From Blasia pusilla (taxonomy: Eukaryota): a stretch of 64,000 bases of DNA. The notes under the pieces were generated by a model that worked only from the letters and a program-made list of their open reading frames with translations, did not search any database and was not told the origin of the DNA. Position numbers and translations under genes: made by a program. How positions within the stretch are numbered: the first letter of the stretch is position 1; every line of letters starts with the position of its first letter. Where the stretch lies: assembly GCA_050084515.1 (NCBI GenBank), contig CM114271.1, forward strand, positions 38,192,001 to 38,256,000, in the 5' to 3' direction. Positions 52,680-64,000 of this stretch are shown here, in pieces.

Positions 52680-53259
52680 TGTGGTACACTTGTGTTTATG
52701 GATGCTCTCGTCTATGTTATGTATGTATGTGAGTATGGTATATCAGCGATGTATGTTGTATGACGATGTGGATTCGCAAGACAGTTGTCATGACCATACG
52801 GATTATGTCGTTGAGTATAGTGTGCTGGTAGAGGCCATATCTTATGTAGGGCCGTAGTGTCCAGGTAGAGATGTGGTTTCATACATAGGGTTGGGGGTTA
52901 CTCAGTTGAGGGTGACTTTTCCAGTAGGGCCCGCTCTTAGGTTGGAGTATATAGTGTGGAGTGCACTCAAAGAACAGTTAGTTCTTTGAGTTGAGCCTGT
53001 TGCGTTGGGAGTTAGCCTTGGTAGTGAGTAGAGCTCTTGGCTGTGGTGGTTCCCGCAAGCTTCGACCTGGATTCTACCATCCTGGAGTGGGTTTGGCTCG
53101 ATTTTATGTGATTCTATACGTGTTGTATGATAGTAGGTCTTTCACGGATTTCAGTTGTGGTACACTTGTGTTTGTGGATGCTCTCGTCTATGTTATGTAT
53201 GTATATGAGTATGGTATGTCAGCGATGTATGTTGTATGACGATGTGGATTCGCACGACA
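52680..53259 (+). repeat. B1-GT-A2-GT-B2 terminal block
   Basis: B1 and B2 are 104 bp each with 4 differences. A2 is 368 bp. Both internal junctions read CA-GT-TG. Confidence 0.97.
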
Positions 53260-53263
53260 ACTT

Positions 53264-53920
53264 AGCCACAGAGCGCAATGTTGGTGCACCTTGACCGTGC
53301 ATGCTCCACCAATCAAAGGGGTCAAGTGAATCAACAACTTCCCTACCAAATTCATCCAAAAATATTTCCTGATGGTTCACAATGTTGCCCAACTCTTGCA
53401 AGCAAGTAGCCACATAAGAATTAGCCTCTATGACATTGAGGTCATGCACCCTCATTGCATAAAGTTTCAGATATTGTTTGAAATCTCTCATGCACTCAGT
53501 ATTTGAAGTAACGTCTTGAACACTTTCAAGAAGATTGTGAGGGGCGAAAATGTAGCCTATTGCCCACCGCCTATAAATAACATCGACCATATCTATAGCT
53601 CTAGACATTGTGACAAAATAACCGCGACGTCTTCCACCCATACTAGGCCATGGAGTTACTGGAAAAGAACAAGTCTCTTCCATTATCTCAAAAATACGGC
53701 GATAAATACGCCCCGTTGTTGCTTTATGACCATCACACTCGAGACTGTCACTCGGTGGTATGTCCGTAATCCCAGCAAACTTTTGTACAACATAAATAAT
53801 ATTTCCTATTTTTTGTGAACTTATTTGTAATGGAGTTGTCTCTTCCACTTCACTCAAAGGTCTCACTTGCCTTCTTTGTCTATTTCCCACTAGTACCCTG
53901 TTTCGGAGATCCCGTTGCAT
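53264..53920 (-). pseudogene. hAT transposase, region upstream of the dimerization motif
   Basis: DGHKATTGRIY, IGYIFAP, DPFDWWSMHGQGAPTLRSVAK. Joins in frame to 45166 across the TSD. Confidence 0.9.
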
Positions 53921-53922
53921 GT

Positions 53923-55164
53923 TGTCGTGTCGAGAGCCTTTCTTCGAGTAAGGGCAAGCCTTCTAGCTGCGGTAGATATGGCCGATGCAAGGTAAACTCT
54001 TTATGTATACTCTCCATTCTCTTACGACACGTATCACAAATGGAAGTGCCGAGGCGATCACTTCTTCGTAACATCGGACCCCAAAATTCCGAACTAAAAA
54101 GTTCCTATAAACTACTTTACGCTTGCACACGAGGAAGATAGCACAACTAGTGTTAAACCCTACTTAAGCAGCCCTATGGACATCCATGGATCGCTATATA
54201 AGGACATACAAAATACAATCCCATATCCTTCCATATATGACGATAGGAAGAATCACCGGAGTTGGAGATTGCATGACCTGGTTCATGAACGCCTCCCCAA
54301 AGTGATAAACTAAATAGCGAGTGAACCATTGCCTATCTACAAAGAGTACCTTGACATGATAAGGATTGAGGAAAGGAAAATCGGGCACAACTTGTGCTCC
54401 ACCCCAATCCATGTTTGGAAGACATTCTCTACTATCCTCAAGAATGGGCTTTGGCGGAATTATTCTCCCAAGAAGGATAATCTACTCTCATTGGGGGCCA
54501 AGACAATAACAAGCCAATACATTCATTATTTTAATATGACTAAACTCCTCTAAGATGACAAGCCTCTCATCTCCACACACACCACACTCTAGGAACCTCT
54601 TCAGGAATAGACCATGATCAAGTTACTCTCCCAAGAGGGATGATCCACTCTCATTGGAAGAGCAAGCAATCCCAAAACTATACACTCAAGAGTGATACGA
54701 GAGACTCAAGATGTGAAATAGAAGGTGATGAACCCTTGAAGGTCCCTCCTCTTTATATACTCACAAGAAAACCACAAGAGTACGAAATGGAGCTAATCTT
54801 ATCTTGTGCCACATGGCTTCCTCTCAAGATTTATCCAATCACATTTTGGCACAAGTAGATTTCTTTTTATCTCTTCCAAAATATCTTCTTTTACCCACTT
54901 GATATTTTCCAAATTATCCCAATTAACCTAGCCACCAACCAAGACTACTTTTGCTTTTCATTAAAGCACCAAGCTCACTACTTTACTTTTATAAAGTCAT
55001 CTTTTATTTATTACCTTTTTTCCTAAAGTTGGGCCCGCATAAAAGAGACACCATAAAGAGGTTTAAACATGGGAATTTTTTTTTCCTAAGCTAATTTACT
55101 TAATACTTATAAAATTCTATCTAATACTTAATGAGGAAGGAGTTTACACACTGGCTTTACGACA
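53923..55164. mobile_element. Solo LTR-like repeat, family C, copy 3
   Basis: TGTCGTG...TTACGACA, colinear with 25074-26356. Confidence 0.8.
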
Positions 55165-55430
55165 ACGCACCTGATGTGCACTCGTCACCATGCGAGACCT
55201 TGAATCGCCCAAAATCGGCACATTCTCCATAATGTATGATGGAGAATGGAACTGAGGCTCTTGTAAGTGTCGCAAGATCCGCATCATCTCCCAAAACAAC
55301 CTGAACCGAGAGTCAGCTAACCCGCTACCTCGTCCAACACTTGATTGGCCCTGACACGACCAACCTGCAATAACCAAGTCTATGGTCCCTACCCGCTGCA
55401 AGTCTTGCGCCCCTAGCAATGAAATGTCCC
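55165..55430 (-). pseudogene. Second, diverged retroelement-type DNA methyltransferase fragment (motifs IV-VI)
   Basis: LGAQDLQRVGTIDLVIAGWSCQG...RLFWEMMRILRHLQ...SYIMENV aligns without gaps to ~48410-48660. Confidence 0.9.
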
Positions 55431-56399
55431 TCAGTAGGGAACTCCATCAATCCAACCATCCTTTACTCTCACCGGCCACATTTTTTTGTCTAAGTTATCC
55501 TTATTCTAGTTCTGGTCTGGCTACGAGACGCTCATGACTTACACAAAAAGCAATATGCTTCTTGTTGGGGCTGACTCCATTTGGAACTTTGTGTACAAAA
55601 TAGACTACCTAGTGCACTTTACAAAGTTTCATCCTCTACATAGTGGAAGGAGTTTTTTTACAATAACCTGTCATTTCACGTTGCCTTTAGATCTGAATAA
55701 GAGATGTTGTTCATAAAGTCTTATTCTATTGTTGATGAGATTAAGAAGCATGTTGTAGCCAATTTATGGAGTGAAGTTCATGTTGGAGAAATTGTATTCA
55801 AAGTCCTCGATCTCATCCAACCATTTCTACACTTGGACATAACACCAGATATATACTATGTAGAGCAAGATCAAGTTGGTGCTCCAAGCTTGAAGATCAA
55901 TTTCATTCCCCTAGACCGCAACTTGGATTTTGAGAAGCGCAACTCTTTTTGGGATATCCGATCTCAATACCTACAAGCATGGCCCTACCAACCACAATCC
56001 GCATATCTACATAGCGAAAATTACTCCAACTATAGTCATCGCCTTTTGTACTCTAGCACCTCAAAAAAGACTAGCTACATGCTATGAGGATATTGTGTGC
56101 TATGCACATAACCTTGTCCACATGACCCTTACTTTCAAATCTTAGGTTGTCATAACAATGTATTAAAATTTTGATGTTCTGTTGTACGTACTTGCTATTC
56201 TCTCCTCCTCTCTTTTCTAGGATTGTATATGAAGTTGAGGTTCTCTCCTCACCATCTATTTCTTAGATCCTGTTTCCACAAGTACTTTGCTATGCAACAT
56301 GAATTCATTGCTCCAAATAAGGTCAAGCAATAAAATGACTTCTTGTTGTTTGCATTTACTACTTGTGTTTTTGCATATTTATTAACTCTCTAGGCATAC

Positions 56400-57190
56400 A
56401 ACTCCTTCTCCGAAGTTGGTTCGACACATTGCAAGTGTCGCCGGAGCCTGGATCCACTTGGTGTGCATTTGGCACGCTGTCCAGTTGGGGGTGAGAGGAT
56501 AGCCACTCATGATGCAGTGCGGGATATCATGTTCAATATTGCTTGGGAGAATGGCTTCCATGTGCAGAGAGAGAGGCACTACTCCATGCGGGATTCCCTT
56601 ATTCGAGCTGATCTTTACATGACACGAGAGGCTGAGGTGGTGGTGGCAGACGTGGTAGTTGCAGATCCTATGCGGGAGGCAGTGCGAGCCCAAGTGATGG
56701 CCCAAGGGTGAATGCTACAAGGAGCGGCGGCGGTGAAGAAGACACATATCTACAGTCGACTTCATGAGGGACACATCTTCATCCCCCTGGCGATAGAGAT
56801 GTATGGGGCTATGGGGGAGAGGTTTGACTCATTCCTTACGGACTGCGCCCATCATCTCCAATCAAGAAATGGGTTGTCCTTAGCTACTGCGATTCTCTAT
56901 TGTAGGTAGCGGGTCTCCATAGCGTTGCAACGCGCCCAGGCTAATGGGCTTTTGCGGCGGGCTCAGGCTGTGGGAGACGCCGGCGCCAGAGGCCCACTTA
57001 GTAGTAGTCATAACTCTCTTGTTGTTGCTGATATTGTCTCTGTTGTTGGTGAGTTTCGTCGTTAGGGGGGGAATGCCCTCTTCTTCCTTTTCTGGTCTTG
57101 TTGTGGCCTTCAGGTTTTGACTCTTTGAGTCCCCCTCTTTTGTACTTCCGATGGGTTTTCCATCACACGTTTTTATCGAAGTGCATCATT
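56400..57190 (+). mobile_element. 5'-truncated CRE-like non-LTR retrotransposon: CCHC knuckle, restriction-like endonuclease and 3' UTR
   Basis: CKC.{8}HLARC, ERIATHDAVRD, RADL...DVVV...KK..Y, FIPLAIEMYGAMG, RVSIALQRAQA in one frame with two stops. Confidence 0.85.
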
Positions 57191-58517
57191 TCTCCCTCCG
57201 AAACAATTTCATATTGTTTCTTGTTCTTACGTGTTTGATTTTATACCAACGCATACTCTACTTATGTATTTCATTGCCTTATTGTACTATACTGAAGAAG
57301 AAGTGTGTTGCATCGTCTATAAGTAGCGACTATCGAACACCGGTGAACCATTATGGAGATATAACTACCAAGAGATGCAAATAGGAGCCTTCAGGCAGGG
57401 CCTGTTGTTCCGCTAGCCATAAAGAGTCTGATGGGTGTAATGAGGCAACAATCCCGCTTGCTGTAATTTAAGTAGCCATTGTAAAAATTGAGGCTATGCA
57501 AACTTAGCTCAGCAAGTGCAAATCCCGTGATGCTATTTTGAGGGGCATTCTTACACACCTTAGCGAAAATGAGCGAGACCATGTCCAAACTGTCTTGAGC
57601 CTTAAAGAGAAGATTCACTGTATATCTGACTGGCTTACTACATTCACCAAGTACTGCGGCAACAAATATGCTGACGACGAGCAACTTGTTGCCGATCTCA
57701 TGGATGTGAAGTGTATTTTTTTTACTTTTGAACTAGCTACGTTGTTCAGCAATAGTCTATATAGTACATGTTAGGCTATGTGACTCACTCATTTTTTACT
57801 CAATGTGACACTGCATTCCGAAGCCGTGCATTCCATTTATGAGCATCTTCAGAGGTGACATGTATTGTTGTTACCAACTAATCTTTTTTCAACCCGCCCA
57901 TACAAAAAGATGTTCTTAAGTATTGTGGATTCTTTTGATATTACCATTGCTATGTTGTGGTTTTTATTTACTATGTTGCAAGTCTACTTCCATGTCTTCT
58001 TTATCAATCCACCATATTCCTAGGTATGCTTTGCTATATTCTGATTACAATAATGCCCTTTACCACATTCAATCAATGTTCGCGGTTCCTTCACTTTTTG
58101 TAATCTCTATGTCGACAACAGCCAAATACATTTTCATAACGAAAATTTTAATGCTCCCATCGTTATCTAAGCCACTATACTTCAGAGGAACTTACTTTAC
58201 CAATTCATTATGTTCAATTATTGTAAAATTATGTGCCAAAGGTGTGGGTCTTTTGTATAATTGATTCGTACAACATTCAGGTGCCAAGCATATCAACTAA
58301 CTAAACCATGACTTAGATATTTTAATCGGCGTTCCAAGTTGTCAATCTCATCATAAGTGTTCTTAGACACCACAAATTGAGACGATGTTATACCAATTGT
58401 TACGCCTTGTCTACGAGCCTGCAACCATTTGATCAACTTATATCATACAAAAATTATTTCCACAATACATATCTACTATTCCTGTCTATTACATTAATTT
58501 GTCAACTTCATTTGCAT

Positions 58518-59166
58518 TGTCACGTCTGCTAGGATAGATCGACGAGATCTAGTAGAGCTTCTTTGGAGATTTTAGAGGACAAGCTCAAGAGGTTGAGGAT
58601 AACCTACTGAAGCCACGTGTGACTTGCAAGAGCAGGTTTTCCCTTCGTTTTGGCTCATTTGAAGCCATATTGAGAAAACTTACTATTTCAAAGTTACCAT
58701 TTTTGGTATAGTTGACTTTCCACTTTGGGAAGTGGCCCTTGACCCACTACAGCAAGTCAAGAGCCAAGGAGATGACCTTCAAGCATAGGTTACCGTGGAG
58801 AGGCTAGGACTTGGGAGAGGGAAGGGGGTATATCTCCAAGAGAGAGAGCTTGAGAGCTTATTCTCTCTTTGTTGAACCTCTTGGCACGAGGCGGCCGAGC
58901 TATGATCCTCCGTGCCTTGTGTGTGTAATCCAAGCCTCTCATTAGGAGAGTGGGTTTGGTTTGACATGAGAGAGAATGTATACCATGGAGAGCTTGGTGT
59001 GAGACCTTGTTGTTATGATGGAGAGATTTGATCAATTTATTAGAGATATTTTGGTACTTATCGTCTCGTTGTGTGTATTCCGTGAGTTAGCATGGGATCC
59101 TGTATGTTTGTGTGTATGTTTGGTTACAACGATGTATGTTGTATAGCAATGTGTATGCGTACGACA
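58518..59166 (+). mobile_element. Solo A'-B' unit of the sister split-repeat family
   Basis: Starts TGTCACG and matches the reverse complement of 35494-35599 (A'). ~59039-59166 matches the reverse complement of 35602-35728 (B'). Ends TACGACA. Confidence 0.85.
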
Positions 59167-59315
59167 ACACGTCTAATCTTATGACATATACAGAATATTA
59201 ACTATCCATTTTAAGGTTTTCACTGCAATAAGGCAACATTTTACTACAATCATCATAATTTTTTCATCTACCTAACCTATCTACATATGTTCCTCAAATA
59301 ATGGGGCCTCACACT

Positions 59316-59455
59316 TGTTGGTGAGTTTGGTCGTTAGGGGGGGGGAGGCCCCTTGCTGTCTTTTCACGACCGATTTTGGCCCGCAGGTTTTTTGGCTCTC
59401 TATGCCCCCTTCCTTTGTATCCCGATGGGTTTTCCATCCAAGTTTCTATTAAAAT
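59316..59455 (+). mobile_element. Short 3' end copy of the CRE-like element
   Basis: TGTTGGTGAGTTT.GTCGTTAGGGGGG...CCGATGGGTTT.CCATC matches 57044-57180. Confidence 0.8.
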
Positions 59456-61101
59456 TTATATTCCCTTTCATTCGCATCATCTCACCGGGTGCATCGCGGG
59501 GGGGGAGGGGGAATATTAATCTCCTCTCTTGACGCTTGGCATTTTCAATCATAAATATTATTCATTTTCTAAGCCAATAGAAACAATTGACATCAATTAA
59601 AAGTGACTCCTTGAAACTTAATTATGGGAGTTTAAATTACATCCCTCCATTTAAGATTTTCAAACTCTTCTAAATTGACACCTAATATTTTTATTGTATC
59701 ATTTAACAATAGATTTTCAACACGTGTCCTTAACAATTTAAAATTATTTATAAAAATATATAATCGATTTAAGATCCGTCTGATCAAGAGGTTGACTTGA
59801 AGTCCCTTAAATGTCAATAATTCAAGTAATCCTAGTGGTACCTACGACTCTACGAGGTTTTATTATTAAAACACCCGTTCCTCACACACGTGCATGGCAC
59901 GGGCGACAAGTAAGTGGCATTCTCGGGACTCGGGAGCGAGTGTGAGACTCGCTCCGTATAGACTCTGGAGGCCCGGCGCGCCGTCCCCGGCCTGACGGCA
60001 CGCTGTGTGAAACGCGTGGACCCGACCTCCAGGATTTACCGGGGGATTTGACTCCGCACGCAATAGTAATATCCACGGCTCTCAAAATCTGCAGCTTTCA
60101 TCCGACGGTTCACAAGCAGAGCCGTAGAAATATCTACCCAGTCGCTTTGCATCCCACGGTCCGCACCCCACGTCTCCCCCCCTCCTCCCAGTCTACAGCT
60201 ATAATCCAGCGCGAGCACGCAAAGACCATCGGATCGATCTGCCGCACAGAGGGGACCTCTTCCCCGCCTTCTTGTGCGCGTGCTTCCGGAGTCGCCAGAA
60301 CAAAAAGAAAAGAAACCGACTTTAGCATTATGTCAGACTTCCTCGCATCGTCACTTCCACAGTACTCGTTTTTATCGAAGTGCATCTTTGTTCTTCCACA
60401 GTACTCGATTCCTTCACTGTCCGCCATCGCTCAAGTCGTTCGCAGTCGCACTGCCCACCACCGCCAGTGCTCACATTCTCCCGTGCGGCCATTCTCGTCC
60501 TCGCTCTCGGAAGGTGTTTTGGGGTCAGGAGAACGCGAGCGAGCGAGCGGATGCGTGTTGCTGACACCGTCCGGGGCCTGAGATCCACGCGACGAGGGAA
60601 AGGAGAGCACGCGAGAGGCGAGATAGAGTAAGCGGGCGGATCGAAATTTGGCGTTTGACGTGCGGGGAGGCTAGTGTCCACTGCAGCGGGAGACTGAGGT
60701 CCGTCGACGCGATGGCGGTTCAATTTGGAGTCGATTGAGCTCATCGAGATCTGCAGTGCCTTGAATGGAAAGACGGGTGCCAGCGTCGGGCCATTGCAAT
60801 CGCTTCTGATCGAAACGCGCGACGAGTCCAAGCGCACTTGACTCGGGGCTGCCGGCCAGCAACAGACGACGTGAATTGCCTCCGTGTGGTCGGGGATTCG
60901 GATCTGTTCAGTTCGTGGAGAAGGAAGGCGGCGCAGTAAAGATCGGTGCGCAGGCACGAGATCCGGAGAGAGGAGTGGTGGTCGCTGCCGCGCATTAGCG
61001 TGGTGCGTCCGCTGCGTTCTCTGTCAAATTCAAGGTCGGACAGATTCGGCCGCGAGAGGGCAGTGCGGTGGAAATCGTCGGGGGAGGCGAACAGGAAGAG
61101 G

Positions 61102-61449
61102 ATGCATGTACTGAACAAAGTGGGGTGGGAAGTGGTGGTGTTCAGTTTCGGGATGGTGATGCGATTCCTGGGGCGCTATCCTGAGACAGCCCGGTCGTAT
61201 TACAAGCCTCCGGAGGGAGGCGAGCAGCGAGGAGAGCACGCCAAAAGCACGCAACATGAGCACGGACTGCACGCGCTATGGGATTTGACCTACTCGCAGA
61301 TCACTCATGCTGGCGAGAGTCATTCAGGTGAGCGACCGCGTGTAATAAACGTGACGATGCTGGCCGGGGGTCTGGATGAGTATCACCAGATGGTTCGACG
61401 TCGCAACGATCACCGGATCCTTCATCCTTGGATAGTGGATCGCTGGTAA
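61102..61449 (+). CDS. Hypothetical 115-aa protein
   Basis: ATG in GAGGATGC context inside a GC-rich, gene-like island (~59900-62370). Hydrophobic N-terminus followed by RFLGRYP...SYYKPP. No homology confirmed. Confidence 0.45.
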   Translation: MHVLNKVGWEVVVFSFGMVMRFLGRYPETARSYYKPPEGGEQRGEHAKSTQHEHGLHALWDLTYSQITHAGESHSGERPRVINVTMLAGGLDEYHQMVRRRNDHRILHPWIVDRW

Positions 61450-63518
61450 CACAATCCGTCCATGGGAGAACCCAACCACACGAGCTAGATATCCCGCGGA
61501 CGAAGAGCACTGGCTCTCCGTTCCTGAATCCGAGAAAACGCACACAATTTCTCCGTCGCTCATTGGACTGGCTATGGAATCCTCCGTCTCTCACATACCA
61601 CCGAGGATCTATGTCCGGCCGTCTGTCCCGACCAATACCTGCACGGACGGATGACTCACATCGAATTCTGTGCTCGTTGGCCTGCGTGCAGGCACACGAC
61701 CTTCTTGAGATTAGGGCGATGGGATCCAGTGCCCACTGGTCTTCAAGCACAAGAAAGAAGAAAGAAAGAAAAAGGTCGTCGCCGCGATCACACAGACAAA
61801 TCCACGTCTCGGACGAAGGTCGGCATCCCGTTCTGCTCATCAGCCGCAACGCAACGGTATGGCCTCTCCGTCTCCCCAGGTCGGCAATTCGCATCATCGC
61901 ACGAGCAGCGCACTCGCCCCCTTTCACGGTGCAAAGAATCCCTCCGATCCTCTCGTGTGCATAAACGGAAACAAAGTCATTCGTCCGGATCGATTGGGGT
62001 TTCCACGCCCGAGTCCTGCGTGAGGTCACGCAGCCGTGCCACTGCAGTCTGGAAACGCATTGAAGTGGTGAGATGCTGACTGAGCTGAGACTCAAGAAAT
62101 ATTACACGCGTACTTCTCAAACGTGAAAACCCGTAGAGTAGAGTTGCTTTCCGAGACCAGAGACGCTCCATGACCGACTGACTGCTTCCTGTCCCGTCCC
62201 GTCCCGAGCTCAGCTCAGGCACCTCTAACTGAGCACTCGAATCCTCTCCATTGAAGCTCCTGGTGATTATCACGGGGAGAAGAAGACACTGGCAGACTCT
62301 GAGACGGAGTTGCATCCAATGCAAACGCGGCAGCAGGAGGACGACGTTGGGGCGACTGACCGTTTGTTTCAACCGAATTGTACATATGAGTTAGTTTAGT
62401 CGAAACCTATGGGTTTTCGGGTTCTTCCATCAACCGTTTTATCGAAGTTCATTGTGTTAAGTCGAACGCGTTCATGAAGACATCGCATACTGAGTTTTCC
62501 TACGGCGAAGACAAAAAAGTGTTAGTCGAATAGAATAGGCGATGGAGAACTTTCTGTCGTGTAAAAGTGGTTAAAAAAATTCCTGGTTACGTTTTAGGTT
62601 ACATGTACTGATAATTTACAATAAACAGGAAAATATTAAGATTTACGAAAGATTTTCTATGGTAATGATTTAGGGTATGCATGTTTGCAATGTAGAAGTA
62701 GTTACACATTGTTAGTGGAAAAACACTGCACCTTCCATTTTAGACTCCTCTCTTAATATCCTTTGGGCCAATAGCATTGTTTGATCTCTCACATAGTAGG
62801 ATCATTCCAGATTTAATTAAAAACTTAAATTATTTATGAATCTAATAATGTTAAATAATTCAAACTTACTAATCATTTTTTTTATCCCGGACTTAGTATG
62901 GGCACCAACTAGTGCCTATTAACAACATTACGTGAACTACTAGTAGAGAAGTGTGAGAGTGATTTTGAGTAGAAATGGAACTCATAGTGAAGGAGAGTAA
63001 TGTAGCAAGTCCATAATTTTGCAAGGTGCATTTGACGCGTACTAAAAGGGGAAATGAAAAGAAATAGGGAATCTAAAAAAGAAGTAAAGCTTACGAGCTG
63101 TTTTTCTTTTACGTGATTATTTGCTCATCACTTTGAACTCTACCTTATCTTTAGTAATCTGATCTCACCTTATTTTGTTTTGCAATCTCCTATTTTTTTG
63201 TGATATGATCTCGGCCTATTTTCTGCATCGTGCCCTGGTTGGCAACACTTTGAGACATACGTCAAAAAACTATTGGAGGACACGTGTCATTCATAGAGGG
63301 CACCTATTACGTTGAGACACCTATAGACATCCGAGGCTTTTGGTTGTAGATAAATATTTATTACCCTCCCTCTCTTTTTCTACTTTGGAGAAGGAAGAGG
63401 AGAAAGGAGATCCGAGAATGGACTGCATGTGCACCTTCAAGTCTGCAGCCCGTAGCCGCATCGAATTTTGAATGTGCAATTTCAGCCCGTACATAGCGTT
63501 CATCTTCGGTAAGAATCT

Positions 63519-63521
<3 letters not shown>

Positions 63522-63597
<76 letters not shown>
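63522..63597. repeat. (TC)n microsatellite, about 38 units
   Basis: Perfect dinucleotide run. Confidence 0.99.
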
Positions 63598-63601
<4 letters not shown>

Positions 63602-64000
63602 GAATGGACACTACACTCACCTCCGCAATCACACAAGGTCTAGGATCGCGATGAAGCTGGCCTCAATAATTGTTGTGCATTGAATAGTGGCCACTCCCTC
63701 TCTCCCCAACTCAAAGCCTCTCACCCGCACACTCCCCCTCTTTCCCTCTCTCTTTCTCTCTCAAACACGAATGCTCACCAAAATGTGACTCACTACGCAT
63801 CTCCAAATTATCGTGTGCTCATCTCCGAAATTGAGATGAGACGGCGTGAGCTTCCCATCTCATGGGCCCAAGGCTTCCATTATCTTGACTCACCTCATCT
63901 CATCTCAACTGATCCGATCGCAACACAAGGAAGACAAGGTAAAGCATATATACAATAGATAGCAAAAGAGCGAGATTATGCAGAAGAAACTTGTCGTGTG

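Larger units (their letters stand above)
45167..53259 (+). mobile_element. Ty3/Gypsy-type retroelement with DNA methyltransferase and PHD domains and split direct repeats (A1-internal-B1-A2-B2), 8093 bp
   Basis: TGTCATG...CACGACA termini, TSD ACTT at 45163-45166 and 53260-53263, A1 45167-45534, B1 52680-52783, A2 52786-53153, B2 53156-53259. Domain order Gag-PR-MTase-RT-RH-IN-PHD. Confidence 0.95.

Noticed and set aside
45167-53153. Ordinary LTR element with LTR = A only
   Set aside because: The PPT precedes B rather than A, B is duplicated, and the TSD and restored hAT frame require B2 to be inside the element.
45167-53259. Classification as a DIRS/PAT/Ngaro tyrosine-recombinase element (split repeats plus methyltransferase)
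   Set aside because: It has an aspartic protease, an HHCC/DDE integrase, TG...CA ends and a TSD. No YR motif was seen, and the MTase is C5-cytosine type rather than the adenine type found in DIRS1.
53919-55168. TSD ATGT/ACGC around family C copy 3
   Set aside because: The two flanks belong to different elements (hAT and DNMT fragments), so they are not a contiguous empty site.
55500-57780. Exon-like ORFs at 55704 and 57538 flanking the CRE fragment
   Set aside because: No recognisable domain or consistent splice model.

Overview
Eukaryotic DNA, most likely from a non-seed land plant such as a bryophyte (inferred from the gene and TE repertoire). GC-rich genes sit among dense, decayed transposon DNA. 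One host gene is confidently identified: a 9-exon nucleoside hydrolase on the minus strand (17918-22649). Two more are probable: a Ser-rich protein (6498-8939) and a small protein (61102-61449). The most notable object is an 8.1-kb Ty3/Gypsy-type retroelement (45167-53259) inserted in a hAT transposase gene with an exact 4-bp TSD. It encodes Gag-PR-C5 DNA methyltransferase-RT-RH-DDE integrase-PHD finger, but has split direct repeats (A...B-A-B) instead of two ordinary LTRs. It also has an internal near-palindromic CA-GT-TG junction matching its own termini and a self-priming-type PBS. Relatives elsewhere in the window show the same permuted arrangement. Also present: a chromovirus, a Copia fragment, CRE-like non-LTR remnants, solo LTR-like repeats, a decayed intronless protein kinase, a ~178-bp tandem repeat and microsatellites. 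All alignments and counts were made by eye.
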